Below, one piece after another: positions 12,918 to 26,296 of a stretch of DNA of 64,000 nucleotides; within the stretch, counting starts at the first letter, position 1; each line of letters starts with the position of its first letter. Below the pieces are notes generated by a model. It saw only the letters and a program-made list of their open reading frames with translations. It was not told the origin of the DNA and searched no databases. The DNA comes from Eledone cirrhosa (Eukaryota), in contig OZ024741.1 in NCBI GenBank assembly GCA_964016885.1, forward strand, positions 312,170,001 through 312,234,000, written 5' to 3'. A program made the position numbers and the translations under genes.

Positions 12918-15900
12918 TCAACGCGATCAGTCACATATTTTGGCGTGGGAGACTATTTATTAAATTTAAGATGAATACTACCTCTGACAGTAATGCCACA
13001 ACTACAGTCATGTTGAATAACTGGTTATTCTTCTAACTATATCTTCTGAAGACACATTTTATTCGAATTCGTAGAGATATCCGACTAAATACATTATTCC
13101 TTTTACAAGGATTAGCTACAAACAGCATGGCTGAACACAGCATCAACAACAAAATTAAGGAAGTACCGAAGACAGATAACAAAGAAGGTAAACAAACTTT
13201 ATTCAGTTGTAGCTACAGAAGAAACCGAAATTATAAATCGCATTTCTCTTGGAGTTGCGAACATAATAATGATTTATTTAATTGCTATAAAATGGCAAAA
13301 AACAATCCTTCCATTGGCTATATGAACAGAATGAAGCTACATTGGGACGAAATACACCCAGTGCTAAATTATTTCACAGCGAAACAATTACGCCAGCAAG
13401 CTACTAGACCTCCTAGCAGCCAGGTCGAACAGTGCATTGAAACAACTATGCATGTAAGAAACTTGACACCAATTGTACCATCTATGTCTACCTCGAATGC
13501 TGGGGAAAACACTATCGATAATAATAATAATCGAAGAAATAATAATAAGAATCGAAGAAATTTGACGCCACGTGTACCACCCGAGTCTACCTCGACTGTT
13601 GTGGAAAATACTATTGTGATAATAATCAAAAGTATAAACAATTGAAATTTTCCCTCGAAGAAATCTTCCAGAGAGAAATTAATTCATGTATCTCTCTTGC
13701 TGAACGTATTAAAACAATGTTTAATAAAAAAACAAATAATGAAATATTACGTGTTATTCACGAAATAGGGGATGAATATTTACGACATATAAAAACCCCA
13801 ACATTTTGGCAAATCAACGCCTGTTTATATGCCTTAGCAACGACAGTGAAGCATTATCTTGGTGATAGCAGAGATATTAACAAGAACAGAACACCACCAT
13901 AAATACCTTCATATATAACTAAAATAGAAAAAAAGATTGCTGATCTACGAAAAATATAGGATATGTGACAATGCTCCTTTTATGCAGACAAACATAAAAA
14001 ACCTCACTCCTCACCAACAAAGAGTGAAAAATAAAATAGAGACGATGTTTGGTAACAGTAGAACCAGAAATCTCCAATATAAGCTGATCACCGTCAAACA
14101 AGAATTAAGCGCTGTTAGCGAAAAACGCCGATACCTGAAGAAGGTAGATGAGAGACAAGTGCATAATAAAAGATTCAGACAAAACCAACATCAGTCTATA
14201 GAGATATGAAGGGCAAAATAATAAGTGTCACTGAGGCCCCATCCCAGAAAGACATAGATTCCTTTTGGAGCAAAATATGGGATGAAAATAAGAATTTCAA
14301 CCAAGATGCAGTGTGGCTAAGAGAAATCTGAAAGAACTATTGCTACTACACTACAACAAAAACATACGAAATAAGTGAGGGTACCATTGAGACTGTGATA
14401 GGAAAACTCCAAGATAAAAAAACACCAAGCTACTGGTACAAAAAACTGATGTTCTATCGGAGGTATCTTACTGACCTCTACCAACAAGTTCTTAAGTGAG
14501 ATACACGTATACCAGAATGGTTGACATTAGCACAAACATTACTGGTCCCCAAGAACGAAGACACCCACTTGGCAAAAAACTACCGACCCATTGCATGCCA
14601 GAACTTGATGTATAAGATGTATACAGCCTGCCTGAAACTATTCCTCCAAGATCACTGTGAAAATAATATCATCACAGATGAACAAGCAGCTGGAAAGAAA
14701 GGGGTTTGGCGATGTGTTGAACAACTCCTAATCAACAAAACTGCGATGTCGGAGGTGCGACAACTTAGGAAGAATATGGCTACAGTCTGGCTGGACTACA
14801 GGAAAGCTTTCGATTCTGTACCCCACTCTTGGTTGATAGAGGCCCTCAAACTTTCTAAAGTCCCAGACATTATTGTCAGAGCCATAGAGAGGCTGTCTTC
14901 TTCTTGGGCTACTATCCTAAGGTTAAAGACAGAAAGGGAGGACTCTATTGTCACTGATAAAATAAAATATTGCAGGGGTATATCTCAGGAGAACAGTCTC
15001 TCTGTGATATTATTCATCTTGTCATTAAACCCCTTGTCCTTTCTGCTCAAGAAATGTGAGGGATACATCATTGGCCCCACATGAGGACAGAAATACGAAC
15101 CTAACCCATAATTTCTTTGTGGACGATCTGAAACACTATGCCAATAACATGGATGGGATGAAGAAAAATCTTGACTTGGTTACAACGTTCTCAAAGGATA
15201 TAGGAATGGAATTTTGCCAAGATAAATTATCACACATGACTGTAAAGTGGGGAAAAACAACAACCCAATCTAGCAACATTATCATCAATGGCCTAACTGT
15301 TTCACCGATATGTGATGAGGACTGCTACAGATACCTGGGGATAGATGAGAAAATATCCTATAATGGTATCTGTAATAAAGAACGCGTAGCCAGGGAATAC
15401 TACACCCGATTAAGAAAGATCTGGTGATCGGAACTCTCTGCGCAAAACAAAACAGTGGCTCACAATGTGTTTGCTGTGTCTGTCCTAACACCAACGTTTG
15501 GAATACTCAATTGGACGATAGACGAAATCCGAGCAGTTGATGTTGGAACTCGAAAAATACTAAACGACAGAGAAAACTTCCACATCAACACTGACATACA
15601 CCGCCTTTACTTGAAACGTAAGCAGGGTGGCAGAGGCCTAACATCAGTCCAGACAACATTTGAATGTCGCATCATATCTCTCCGACAACATCTACGAACT
15701 TCGAAGCGTAGGAGCCCGTTTCTCGAGCAAGTCTATCTGCATGAAATATATAAGATCATGAGAGTTGGGAAGGAACTCCTCGAGATATATTCCCTGTGTG
15801 ATAATCAAAAACTCACACACAGAGAAGTCGCTCAGCAGTATCGCAGTGAATCCATGGATGAAAAACTGCATACTTATCAGTAAAAAATCATGCATGGATA

Positions 15901-16871
15901 TGTTGCCAGGAAACTCTTGAGTGTGAGTAATATAGATAGGGAGAAGAACTCTATCTTGGACCAGCAACCGCTGTATTGGCTCCCACTTTGAAGGATACGC
16001 TTTTGCAATCCAAGAACAGGAGATTAACACGAAATACCAGATTCACAAAAGAGATAGGGATGCAGGCAAAACACCTAGATGGGATAACAAGTGCAGACTC
16101 TGCAGAACGAACATCGAGGATATCATCCATGTCATCAGTCCAAATATGTCATCGCGGTACTATCTACCTCCGAGGCATGATGTAGCGGCCAAAACACTGT
16201 ACAATACAGTTAGTAAAAAAGATAGCTTCAGCAATGTGGAAGACATCCATGTACATAATATGAAAGAGTACTGGTGGAATGTTCCAATAAAAACCCCAAT
16301 AAAATGCAGGCATAACAGACCAGATATTATGATATGGAACAGGGAGAAGAAAGCATGCAGAGTAGTGGAAATTAGCTGCCCAGCAGATGCCAATATAATA
16401 TCAAAGATTAGTGAAAAGGAGAATATTTATGCAGAGCTGATGAGAAATCTGCAGATACTCCACCCTGATTACACCTTCAGATTTATGCCTGTGATTATTG
16501 GAGCACTGGGGCATGTTAGTAACTGCCTCGATACAATTCTTGAGAAACTAGGGTTCATAGGAACAGAAAGAACACTAGTTAGGAAATTACAAGTACAATC
16601 CATTAATGGAACAGTAAAAATATGTAAAACATTCCAAAAATGTTGCATCTAATAACTGCATATACACATGTGCAGATGCAAAGCATATACACATGCTCAT
16701 ACAACTCAAAACATCCTCATCCACACATACAATAACATCCATATCTACACATGCATACATACATATCTATCTAGTTGATGTGTAAATTTCAATGAAAGAG
16801 TCTTGTGTCTTTGTTAGAAACCGGCTCTCTCTCTATTGGTAAAAGTTTGTGAAATTATAAAACCAGAAGAA
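12918..16871 (+). mobile_element. R4/Dong-clade LINE, near full length, decayed, in (CATA)n
   Basis: N-terminal GYMNRMKLHWDEIHP..KQLRQQ, RT (NYRPIAC, WLDYRKAFDSVPH, FVDDLK, YRYLGI), CRLC/RHD, RPDIMI..VEISCP; CATA repeats on both flanks. Confidence 0.92.
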
Positions 16872-17017
16872 CATACATACATACATGCATACATACATCC
16901 ATACATATATAATATTAGTATTAATATTATTGTTATATTATTAATGGTATAGTGATTCACAGAATTATCTAAACTATCGGAAAAACTACGGTAATTTCCC
17001 CACGAAACAAAATAGGC

Positions 17018-17290
17018 CGATGGTGGACGGGTGCTACACGAGAATGCTGAGGATGTCTCTGAACATTACTCAGTATACACTGAGGATGTAAAACTCAGAG
17101 CTGTACGAGAGCCTCCCGAAAGTCAGCTCAAATGTGAAACAGAGGAGACTGAGGTTAGCTGGACATGGTCACCGACATCCAGAGTTGACACTGCAGTCAG
17201 TGCTCCTGTGGGAGCCCCTGCATGGTCAATATTTTGGTTCAAAACGGCAATGTTACACCGACTGCCTTAAATATATGGCGTCTACGAAAC
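17018..17290 (+). mobile_element. RTE-X-type LINE 3' fragment
   Basis: VDGCYTRMLRMSLN..QRRLRLAGHGHRHPEL..VLLWEP. Confidence 0.7.
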
Positions 17291-17329
17291 CTGTATGCAA
17301 CATCGATGCAGTGCATTCTATTGACACCT

Positions 17330-18143
17330 AGGACCAGCATTGCTTGCAAATCAAAGCGGAATCTGAAATTGATGCTTTCGATTGTTAATATATAGGCACA
17401 CACAACTTGGCGCATACATACAAAGATTGTTTCCGTCATTTCTTTCCTTGTTTCAATATGCATTCCGACCTAGACAACACGCAATAACAGCATTTCTGGT
17501 GCGTCTAAGTAAACTTTCGTCATCGTTCTCAATTACATGTGAAGATGCAATGAAAGCAGCATTTCTGTTTTGTTGATTTCAGCGATTCTTTTTGGTGAAT
17601 TTGGCTTTTGCTGCAGCTGTCCATTTCGTATGCTGTTGCTGTCTATAATCCGTCAAACTCACCATGGGTCTTATGAGCTCTTCATATTTTATACTTAAAC
17701 ATCTACGCTATTACATTGTCAATATTTTTTATCACAGGTACGAACCTCTTTAATGTTGCCTGCCCCCTCGACTTCGGAAAACGCATTTTTCTTTTGTTTT
17801 TCATGTCCATCCAATTTCTTTGTTTCAAAATAACTGATAGTTTGGTTACCACTGATGTTTTTCTCTGAGACAAGTGTTTCAGTGTTTACATTTTATATTT
17901 TTGTTAATAGATTACCAGTGCAGGTTTTATCCCCAGCATCTTCTTTTGTTTTAACATTTGGGTTATGGTTATGTTTACTTAACTTCATAAGGCATACTGT
18001 TGGCTGAGGGAATATTAATCAAATGTACCACATGAATGTCTACACTGTAGACTTTACAGTTTTTAAGCCAAGAAAGGAACTTAACATTGTAACTTTAACA
18101 CACCTACTGAGCCGCACCGAGCAACGCCGGGCTTTACTGCTAG
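17330..18143 (+). mobile_element. Non-autonomous Helitron 3' portion (5' limit uncertain)
   Basis: Ends ccgagcaacgccggg-ctttactg-CTAG; same terminus type as 62727-62754. Confidence 0.6.
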
Positions 18144-18387
18144 TGTATAATAAAAATAAACAATTCAATGTCTTCAGCTATGAATGGATACTGATGCAAA
18201 CAGAGCCATTTAGCAGATTCCAGCAGATGTAAGAGTGGGAAAATCTTGACGATCTTTGTTTCTGACTCAGGTCACTATCAAGACTTATATATGCTCCGTT
18301 ATATATATATATATATATATATAAAACTATATATATATATATATATATTTGTTTTGTGAGGTTTTTGGTATGAAACGTGTGTCGAAA

Positions 18388-18660
18388 CAAATATTGTTAT
18401 ACTTGGGGAGGGTCATATTGTTGTAATAATATTGCCAGAATTAATAACAGAACAACCTCACTGTTTGGTTGGTTTTCGCTTCCGTATATTTTATATCAGT
18501 TAATTTATTCGGTCCATTGACTGACCAACGGTCAAAAATACAGATATAATATAGACACAAACACATATATAGAGTCTAATAAAGTTCTTTCGTTGCACAT
18601 CTGCAACATTCAGTGGTGCTATTATTATGTTCCTCCTGTTGTATTGTTTATCTACGACAT
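18388..18660. repeat. Locally duplicated host block (copies at 20345-20630 and 35530-36360, the latter split by SINEs)
   Basis: Shared atattgttata..catattgtt..cactgtttgg..gaccaa..aaaaata.agata..cgccattt/cgacat. Confidence 0.85.
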
Positions 18661-19340
18661 CTCTATATATATAAAACGGAAGATTGTTATCTGTGTGTGT
18701 GTGTATGATTTTTATGCATTTCCACATTTCTCTACCGATTTTGATGATTTTTTTCCAATGTGCTCCAAATTTACCAACGAGAGTCAACGCGTAATAAACT
18801 GTGCCAAACATATACTGCTTCTATGAAAAAATATCGATAAAACTAAATATATGGTGTAACCCTTTCTCTTACACGCTTATTCACTCTCTTTACTACCCAA
18901 CAGCGACAAAACTTCGTTCAGGAACGCGACATAAACTTTGAAAACTAAGCAACACGTCATTTTATACAACAAACATAGTCATAACGCTCTCTCCGTCGCT
19001 CTTCCATCTCTCTATAATAGATCATTCCCCCTCTCTATAATTTAACTGCTTTACTCTCTCTGTGGCTCTATAAGACAACGCTGTTTTACTCACCTCCCTA
19101 TAGTTTCTTAGCTTTACTCTCTCCATCGTTCTTCCCTCTCTCTATAATAGATTATTCCCCCTCTCTATAATTTAACTGCTGGGGGAGTCATTGGAGTTCC
19201 GTATTGACATACGGCTTTCTGGCGTATTTTAAATCGGCTTATTTCAAATAACAACCCGCAAAATAACACTTCATATACAGGTTAATGCTATAGACATATG
19301 AATCGGAATGTTTAAATTATTTATTTTTACGACTTTCATT
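18660..19340 (+). mobile_element. Non-autonomous Helitron-like 5' portion with internal sub-repeats
   Basis: Starts TCtctatatatataaaac..gtgtgtgt like 60912 and 61378; duplicated ctctctataatagat.attccccctctctataatttaactgct. Confidence 0.5.
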
Positions 19341-19617
19341 GGTTACATTTTAATATCACAACAGCCATAGTGTTGTACTTCTGGCAAATCTGCCGAATAC
19401 ACTGCCAAGGATGGACCTTTTCCCCTCGGTGTCAGATATCCCTTTCGATATCCGCTGATCTCAAACATGTAAATAAACAAATAAATAAACCAATATAAAC
19501 ACACACAGACACCCGGATGTGGCGCATGCGCAGACTGAGCACACAACACACACGCAGAAACAAGATGGCGTGGGACAGAACAAAGGAGAAGCACAAAATC
19601 AAAGAAAAGAATCCCCA

Positions 19618-19660
19618 GTTACTGAAGAGGTCACAGAATGTGTGACGAAAGAATTATGAC
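19618..19660 (+). ncRNA. Minimal type I hammerhead ribozyme
   Basis: GTTA-CTGAAGA-g GTCACA gaatg TGTGAC-GAAA-GAAT-TA-TGAC. Confidence 0.75.
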
Positions 19661-20123
19661 AATATATAAACAACCATCTGGTTGTGGAACCAACCAACCA
19701 ACCGGAAATTTATAAATTCCTAAATTTATAAATTTATTATAATAAATTGAAGTGAAAGCAGCTGGTGCGTGTATGACAATATCGGTTTCAACACACGTTT
19801 TCAGATAAAGAATCTTGCTAAACAAATTCAGAAAGGAAATATAACTATTTCATTCAAAATGGATGAAACTATTCTAGTCCGGTAGAAGCGATTTATATAT
19901 TAAACATCATATTTACAAACACACACATATATATACTGTTAGACTGGTACATTTATATCGACATGAAAAGGATGAAAGGCAAAGTTATTTGAATGTAGAG
20001 AGCAGAGAATCAGAAAGAATATATAAATATTCCATCCGGCATTCTAACGACTCATATATATATATATATATATGCCAATTTGCATATATATATATATATA
20101 TATATAAATATATTTGACACAGA

Positions 20124-20192
<69 letters not shown>

Positions 20193-20227
20193 ACACACAC
20201 ACACACACACACACACTCTCTCTCTCT

Positions 20228-20311
<84 letters not shown>

Positions 20312-20774
20312 CTTTGCAAGGTTTTTGATGTGAAATCTTGTTGAAACAAATATTGTTATATTTGGTGAGTATCATATTGTTATAATATTGCCAGAAATAT
20401 TAATAGAACACATTCACTGTTTGGATTGGTTTTCACTTCTGTATCTGTTATATCTCCATACTTTATTTATCTGGCAATCTATGTTTGTCAATGTTTGACC
20501 AACGGTTAAAAATACAGATATACATGTATTAATATAGTCTACCAAAATTCTTTCATCATACGTCTGTGCCATCATCATCATTGGTGCTGTTATATTTTCT
20601 CCGGTTGTATTGTAATGCCTACGCCATTTGAATTTGTTTTATTTAAATAAATTCAATAATATCATAACTATATGACTCTCACCAAATATAACAATATATA
20701 TAACAATATAATATATACCAACAAGTTATTTCCAAAAGATGCTACGTATTTACTATTTTACTATATACATATAT

Positions 20775-22030
20775 TTATATAACGAAGGAAATGTTGTAAG
20801 GAACCAGGTGGACCATAACGCACCAAAGTACTCAATACTTAGGGTAGTAGAATGGGTAATAGGAACGAGTAGGACCCGACGGCTGAGCTCAAGCCGTTTC
20901 GACGGCTAATTCTGGACTAAATGAAAATCTTTATCCTGGTATATGAATAGCCGAGCTTCTCAGGGGGTAATTCTATATATGGTAAAAGTGATTGTCACAA
21001 GGATTGGTCAAAAGTTTGTTGTTGAGACACATAATTCTATCATGGCAATTTGTGGAAAGGAAGAGGTAGCTGAACCTGCCAGTAGAAGAAAGAGGGAGAG
21101 AGAGAGGAAGTGGAAGAAACCCAGTCGTGCGTTGATAGTGCCAACTACAGCAGGGCAGGAGGTCAAGCAAGTATACTAGGGAGGGGGAGGAAGTCAAAAC
21201 AATAAGTAAATCAATATGGTGTAAATATATAGAAGAATACCAAGAATGTTAAAAATATAAAAAAAAACAATTTCTAGTTACTATTCCCTAACGACAGTCA
21301 TCAAGTCTCTTACTGATACTGCTAAACTATAGAAAAGTTTACTAGGTGGGACGGAATTGTAATGAGACCATTTTAAGAGTTAGTAGAAATCAACCGAGTA
21401 TATCTTACGGTGACAGGTCAACAAGTAGGGGAGCCAAAATAATAAAGAAACTACCACGAAATAATAATTCAGAGTCCCGAAACTAATTCGAAATAAATGT
21501 TTCTACCCTATGCACAAGTCCAGCAACCACCCAGTGCAAAATATAAACTAATACGAAATAATAATTCAGAATTCCGAAAATCAATACTAATGCTATCTCT
21601 AAGGGTGCCGCTACGATACAAAAATTCTAGTGTAAACTACATAAATGCTCGTACGAAGTATATGAAAAATTTGATACGGAAAATTAATTCAGAATCACCC
21701 CCCCCTCCAAAAAAAAGAAATACTGATATACGAGAAATTAAAGCAGAGATACCACTAAAAAATGTAGAAACCGCGGAAATGGGGCAGCCATCGGATAAGA
21801 AAGCAAGTATCTGGGGTCTATCACATCTGCTATAAAAAGCGGAGTCGGCCAATTCTATCATAGAATAGGGGATGGGTGTGGGGGTACTGAGGCTACAAAG
21901 GACCGAGGGGCTGCCTCGGGTGGGCGAGAAAATGAAAAGGACGACGACAAAGAAGGAGGACTGGGGAGGAAGGACTAGGAAGGGATGGGGGGAGAAGGAA
22001 ATATAGAGGAAAAACGATAAAAAGATATAA
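20775..22030 (-). mobile_element. Non-coding PLE-type pLTR/3' UTR segment
   Basis: Abuts a TA-rich tract, carries an HHR-like motif; first ~135 bp shared with 28328-28464. Confidence 0.5.
20874..20968 (-). ncRNA. Degenerate type I hammerhead with long stem II
   Basis: ccc-CTGAGAA-gctCGGCTA..TAGCCGtc-GAAA-CGGCT tgagctc AGCCG-TC-gggt. Confidence 0.6.
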
Positions 22031-22035
22031 AAATA

Positions 22036-25000
22036 TAAAAGATCTTACGTCTACCTTTGCAAGCAGGGGTTACCCATTACAAAGTCGGCAAGTGGGCTGT
22101 TACAGACCTTGCCTCCCCCCCCCCCGGGTCATTATGGGGGTTTGAGGGCGAGGTATGTCTTACGCAATCTGTGTTTGCATGCAGTTACCAGTTCATCTTT
22201 CCTTTTAGGAGTTGGTCCGTCGAAAACAGCATTTGTAAAGTTTCCTCCGAGCATAAATTGCACGGACGGCGTCCTCTCGTGTAAGACCTCATTGCTTGGG
22301 TCTTCCATGAAAAGCAAAAAAAACTCATCTGGCTTCTAAAAGAAGGAAAAGTCTTTGGTGAGCTTAGTGCTTGGATGACCACTATTGAGAGGTATATCTC
22401 AATCTCACACACTAATCTGATGCAAGGAGGAGATAAGACCAGATGATGTTGATAAGATCATTCCAGCAGAGTTGCCTGATAAATGTGGTGAACCAGAGCT
22501 CTTTGAAACCATCAAGTCCAAACTCATTCATGGTCGATGTGGAGTCATCATTCCAGCCTCTCCTTGCATGAAAGATCAAAAATACAGCAAACATTATCCT
22601 AGAGCTTTTATTCGGAAAACTCGGACTGACAATAATGGATACCCCTTTTATCGTAGGCGTAGACCAGAAAATGGAGGCAATACTGCAAGCTAACAGTTCG
22701 AGGAGAGGAGCTGACCATAAACAATCAGTGGGTCGTCCCACACAACAAATTGTTGTGTAAACTTTTAAAAGCTCATATCAATGTTGAGTATTGCAGCTCC
22801 GTCAAGACAATCCTATATGTCACAAAATATATCAACAAGGGCAGTGACATGGCTATCTTTATTACTGACAAAGAACTCAATGATGGTGGGCTGAATGAGG
22901 TCAAACGGTATCAAACAGGTCGATACATCTCCAGCAATGAAGCTATCTGGCGAATCTTTGGGTTTGATATCCACCAACGCCACCCAAGAGTGGTCAACCT
23001 CACAGTCCATCTGGAAAATGGACAGAGAGTGTACTTCACTGAGATCACTGCTCATCAGTTGGCACAAGCATCTCATGACACAACACTAACTGCTTTCTTT
23101 AAACTCTGACAGAATGATGAATTTGCTCGATCCCTCCTATATGCTGAAGACCCAACATACTACACCTGGACCAATTGCAAGACCTGGAATCGAAGAAAGC
23201 AGGGTCATTTAGTCGAAGGTCATGAAGTCAAGTCAAGTGATAATATTGGACGTGTTTACATGGAAGAACTGCACACTCCATGTTTAAGCTGCCCATAGAT
23301 CTCACACGGCATGAACAATCTTTTTGCAACATCAAGAAGAACTCACCCATGGGCAATCTTCTCCAAACATGCAAGATTACAATTTGGGATGAAGCTACTA
23401 TGAGCAATAAAGGAGCAATTGAAGCTTTGGAATGGACGATAAGGGATCATCTGAGAGACAATAGTTGCATAATGGGAGGTGTGACAATGGTTCTTGCTGG
23501 TGATTTCAGACAAACTCTGCTGTAATTCTTCGAGGGACTCGACCTGATCAGGTCGATGCCTGTCTGAAAACATCCTATCTCTAGCCCCACTTTCAGCTGC
23601 TGAGCCTTACAACCAATTGGGAAATGGATTTCTTGAAAAGGACTCAAATGACCATATTCAGTTGTCATATGGCCAAATACTTGACACAGAACAAGAACTG
23701 AATGCCAGAGTGTTTCCAAACATTAAGACCAGGCATGTGATCCGAAATGGCTCAGTGAACGAGCAATCTTAACACCTAAAAATGTTTCTGTGAAAGAAAT
23801 CAACAGAAGGCTGCTGGAGATGTTACCGGGAGAGAAAATATGCTACAAATCAGTTGACACAATCACTTCTCAAGACCACATTGTAAACTAACTAAGTGAA
23901 TTTTTGAACAGTCTTGAACAAGCGGGAATTCCTCCACACAACCTGATACTGAAGCTTGGAGCATCGGTTATGCTACTTCGCAATCTGTATCCTCCAAAGC
24001 TTTGTAATGGCACAGGACTCATCATCAACATTATGATGTTCAGTGTTTCAAAGTTGCAATCATGACAGGAAAGTGTGCTGGTGACAATTGTTTCATTCCC
24101 AGAATATCTATGAAGCCAACTGATTTGCCATTTGAATTTCAAAGACTTCAATTTCCGATCAGGCTCAGTTTTGTCATGACCATTAATAAATCTCAAGGGC
24201 AATCATTGAAAGTCATTGGGTTGAATCTGGCAGATCCTGTCTTTTCGCATGGTCAACTCTATATGTGCACAAGTGTTGGGAACCATGATTGTCTCTTCAT
24301 TGTGGCACCACAGGGCAAAACCAAGAATGTTGTTTATCCAGAGGCTTTGGAATGAGCAATGTCGTAATTCCTCATTCAATGACAATACACACAGAACCTA
24401 TTTCCTTAGTCATGTAGTTTGCAAGGAATTCTCAAGCCGAAAATTTACTGCATGGTGTTACTTTGGAAGAATATGCAGCCATTCCCGGGTACCTCTGCTA
24501 TATAAAGTAGTATAAGTGAGGACTTTGTTGGGTAGAAATAGCAGCCAAACTTCCTTCAAATCCCACCTTAGTTTCTCAGGTACGTATTTATGTATGAAGC
24601 AAAAAGGAATGGTTCTATGTGATACCTCGATCTACTAGAAATATTAGCAAAATCCATTTCAAATCACAAACAACTGTCTTACACACATACATGTGTGTGT
24701 ATGTATCTATGTATGTCATGTGAGCCACTATAACTGTTGGTATAGCTAAGGAAATAGAAAACAAATCTCCCTCAAACAAGATCCTTCTGCCATAGAGGCA
24801 AAGATTGGTGAAAGCTACAGTGTACAAATTTAAATACACTTTCCCCGAATTACAGAAATGGGTAAGTAACTAATTCATTCAATCATAAACCAATGCTAAA
24901 TATATTTTATTATTTTATTTATGGTTATAAAAATAGTCTTTACATGTTGTTTGAAGTTCAGATTGAGCAAATAAAATAGAAAACGAAAGAAAAGGATAAA

Positions 25001-25308
25001 TAAAATAATCTAAATATATGTTTTTGGTCATGCCCTGACAACATACCTAATGATTCATCTATGAGTAAAGCATTATATATGCTGACAGACTGTAATAGGG
25101 AGCAGTATTCAAAAAATGACCACTGGAAAAAACTAATATTTTTATCTAGATGATTTAATTTGACCAAACAGCAATAAATATTCTGCTATAATTCCTACTT
25201 TGGTTAAAATTCAGCAATCATATTTGAACGGTCAAATATTTTGTAATGTGTGCCAAATATATTGTAACTTTCATAAAATACCCGGATATCACCAGGTAGC
25301 TCAGCGAG
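22036..25308 (+). mobile_element. Decayed, internally deleted Helitron (Rep + Pif1 helicase)
   Basis: IHGRCG..CMKD..YPFYRRR, HINVEYCSSVK..YVTKYINKG, IWDEATM, GDFRQTL, QFPIRLSFVMTINKSQGQSL, HGQLY, KNVVYPEAL; degenerate 3' hairpin cccgga..ccagg then CGAG. Confidence 0.9.
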
Positions 25309-25510
25309 TACAGATATAAATGAGATATCAATAATTTTATGATTATGACAAATGAATGAATTTGAATACGACTATTGAATAATATATTGATACACTACAT
25401 TATACAGAGCAATTATATTTGAATATAATCTCCCGGAACCACATGAGAGTGACAATCAGTGATATTCTTACATTTAGCGACAACAAATAAATTATGTATA
25501 TATATATATA

Positions 25511-25605
25511 TATAGGAAAAGAGTCAGGACCCCGACGACTGAGCTCCGGCCCGCTTCGTAAACTAGATCCGAACTCCACCTGGTATCTTACCACACCTTT
25601 GTTCT
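25511..25605 (-). repeat. Inverted copy of 27585-27680 (pLTR-like, partial HHR)
   Basis: taggaaaagagtcaggaccccgacgactgagctcc..tggtatcttaccacacctt is the reverse complement of 27585-27680. Confidence 0.85.
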
Positions 25606-25619
25606 TATATATATACATG

Positions 25620-25677
<58 letters not shown>

Positions 25678-25760
25678 AAAGTTCTATATAAATTGTTGGG
25701 ATACAACAAGCAAATATTTTTATAACTGATATAATACTCGACAAGTATTTGGAGTAGATA

Positions 25761-26130
25761 TACGATATTAACAAATGGAAACTATATTTATAAAACCATA
25801 TTTATTTCATTATACATATTTCAAGGATACCAAGTTAAATTATGGTATGTCTACATCAGACAAAATACAATATATACCAGTTTTATAAATAAACATTGAC
25901 GTAACCTTTCAAAATGCAACCGTTACTTTTGGAAGACATCAGGATAGTCTATCTGATGTCTTCCAAAAGTAACGGTTGCATTTTGAAAAGGTACGTCAAT
26001 GTTTATTTATAAAACTGGTATATATTTTTTTTGCCTGATGAAGGCATACCATAATTTAACTTGGTATCCTTGAAATATGTATAATGAAATAAATATGGTT
26101 TTATAAATATAGTTTCCATTTGTTGATATC

Positions 26131-26133
<3 letters not shown>
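25761..26133. repeat. ~373-bp fold-back element with an HHR on each arm (25803-25867 -, 26026-26090 +)
   Basis: Arms mirror about ~25947; right arm CTGATGA-AGGcATACCA..TGGTATCCTt-GAAA-TATGTA-TA. Confidence 0.9.
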
Positions 26134-26186
<53 letters not shown>

Positions 26187-26209
26187 ATATATATATATAT
26201 ATATATATT

Positions 26210-26290
<81 letters not shown>

Positions 26291-26296
<6 letters not shown>

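Noticed and set aside
17440-17690. Minus-strand coding-looking stretch (YEELIRPMVSLTDYRQQQH..) inside a Helitron piece
   Set aside because: Short, no recognisable motif or splice sites; gene capture cannot be supported
19935-20052. 'ECRM' after an intron-like block as a sixth EGF exon
   Set aside because: Sequence is a degenerate SINE (ggatgaaaggcaaagtta..ccggcattctaacgactc)
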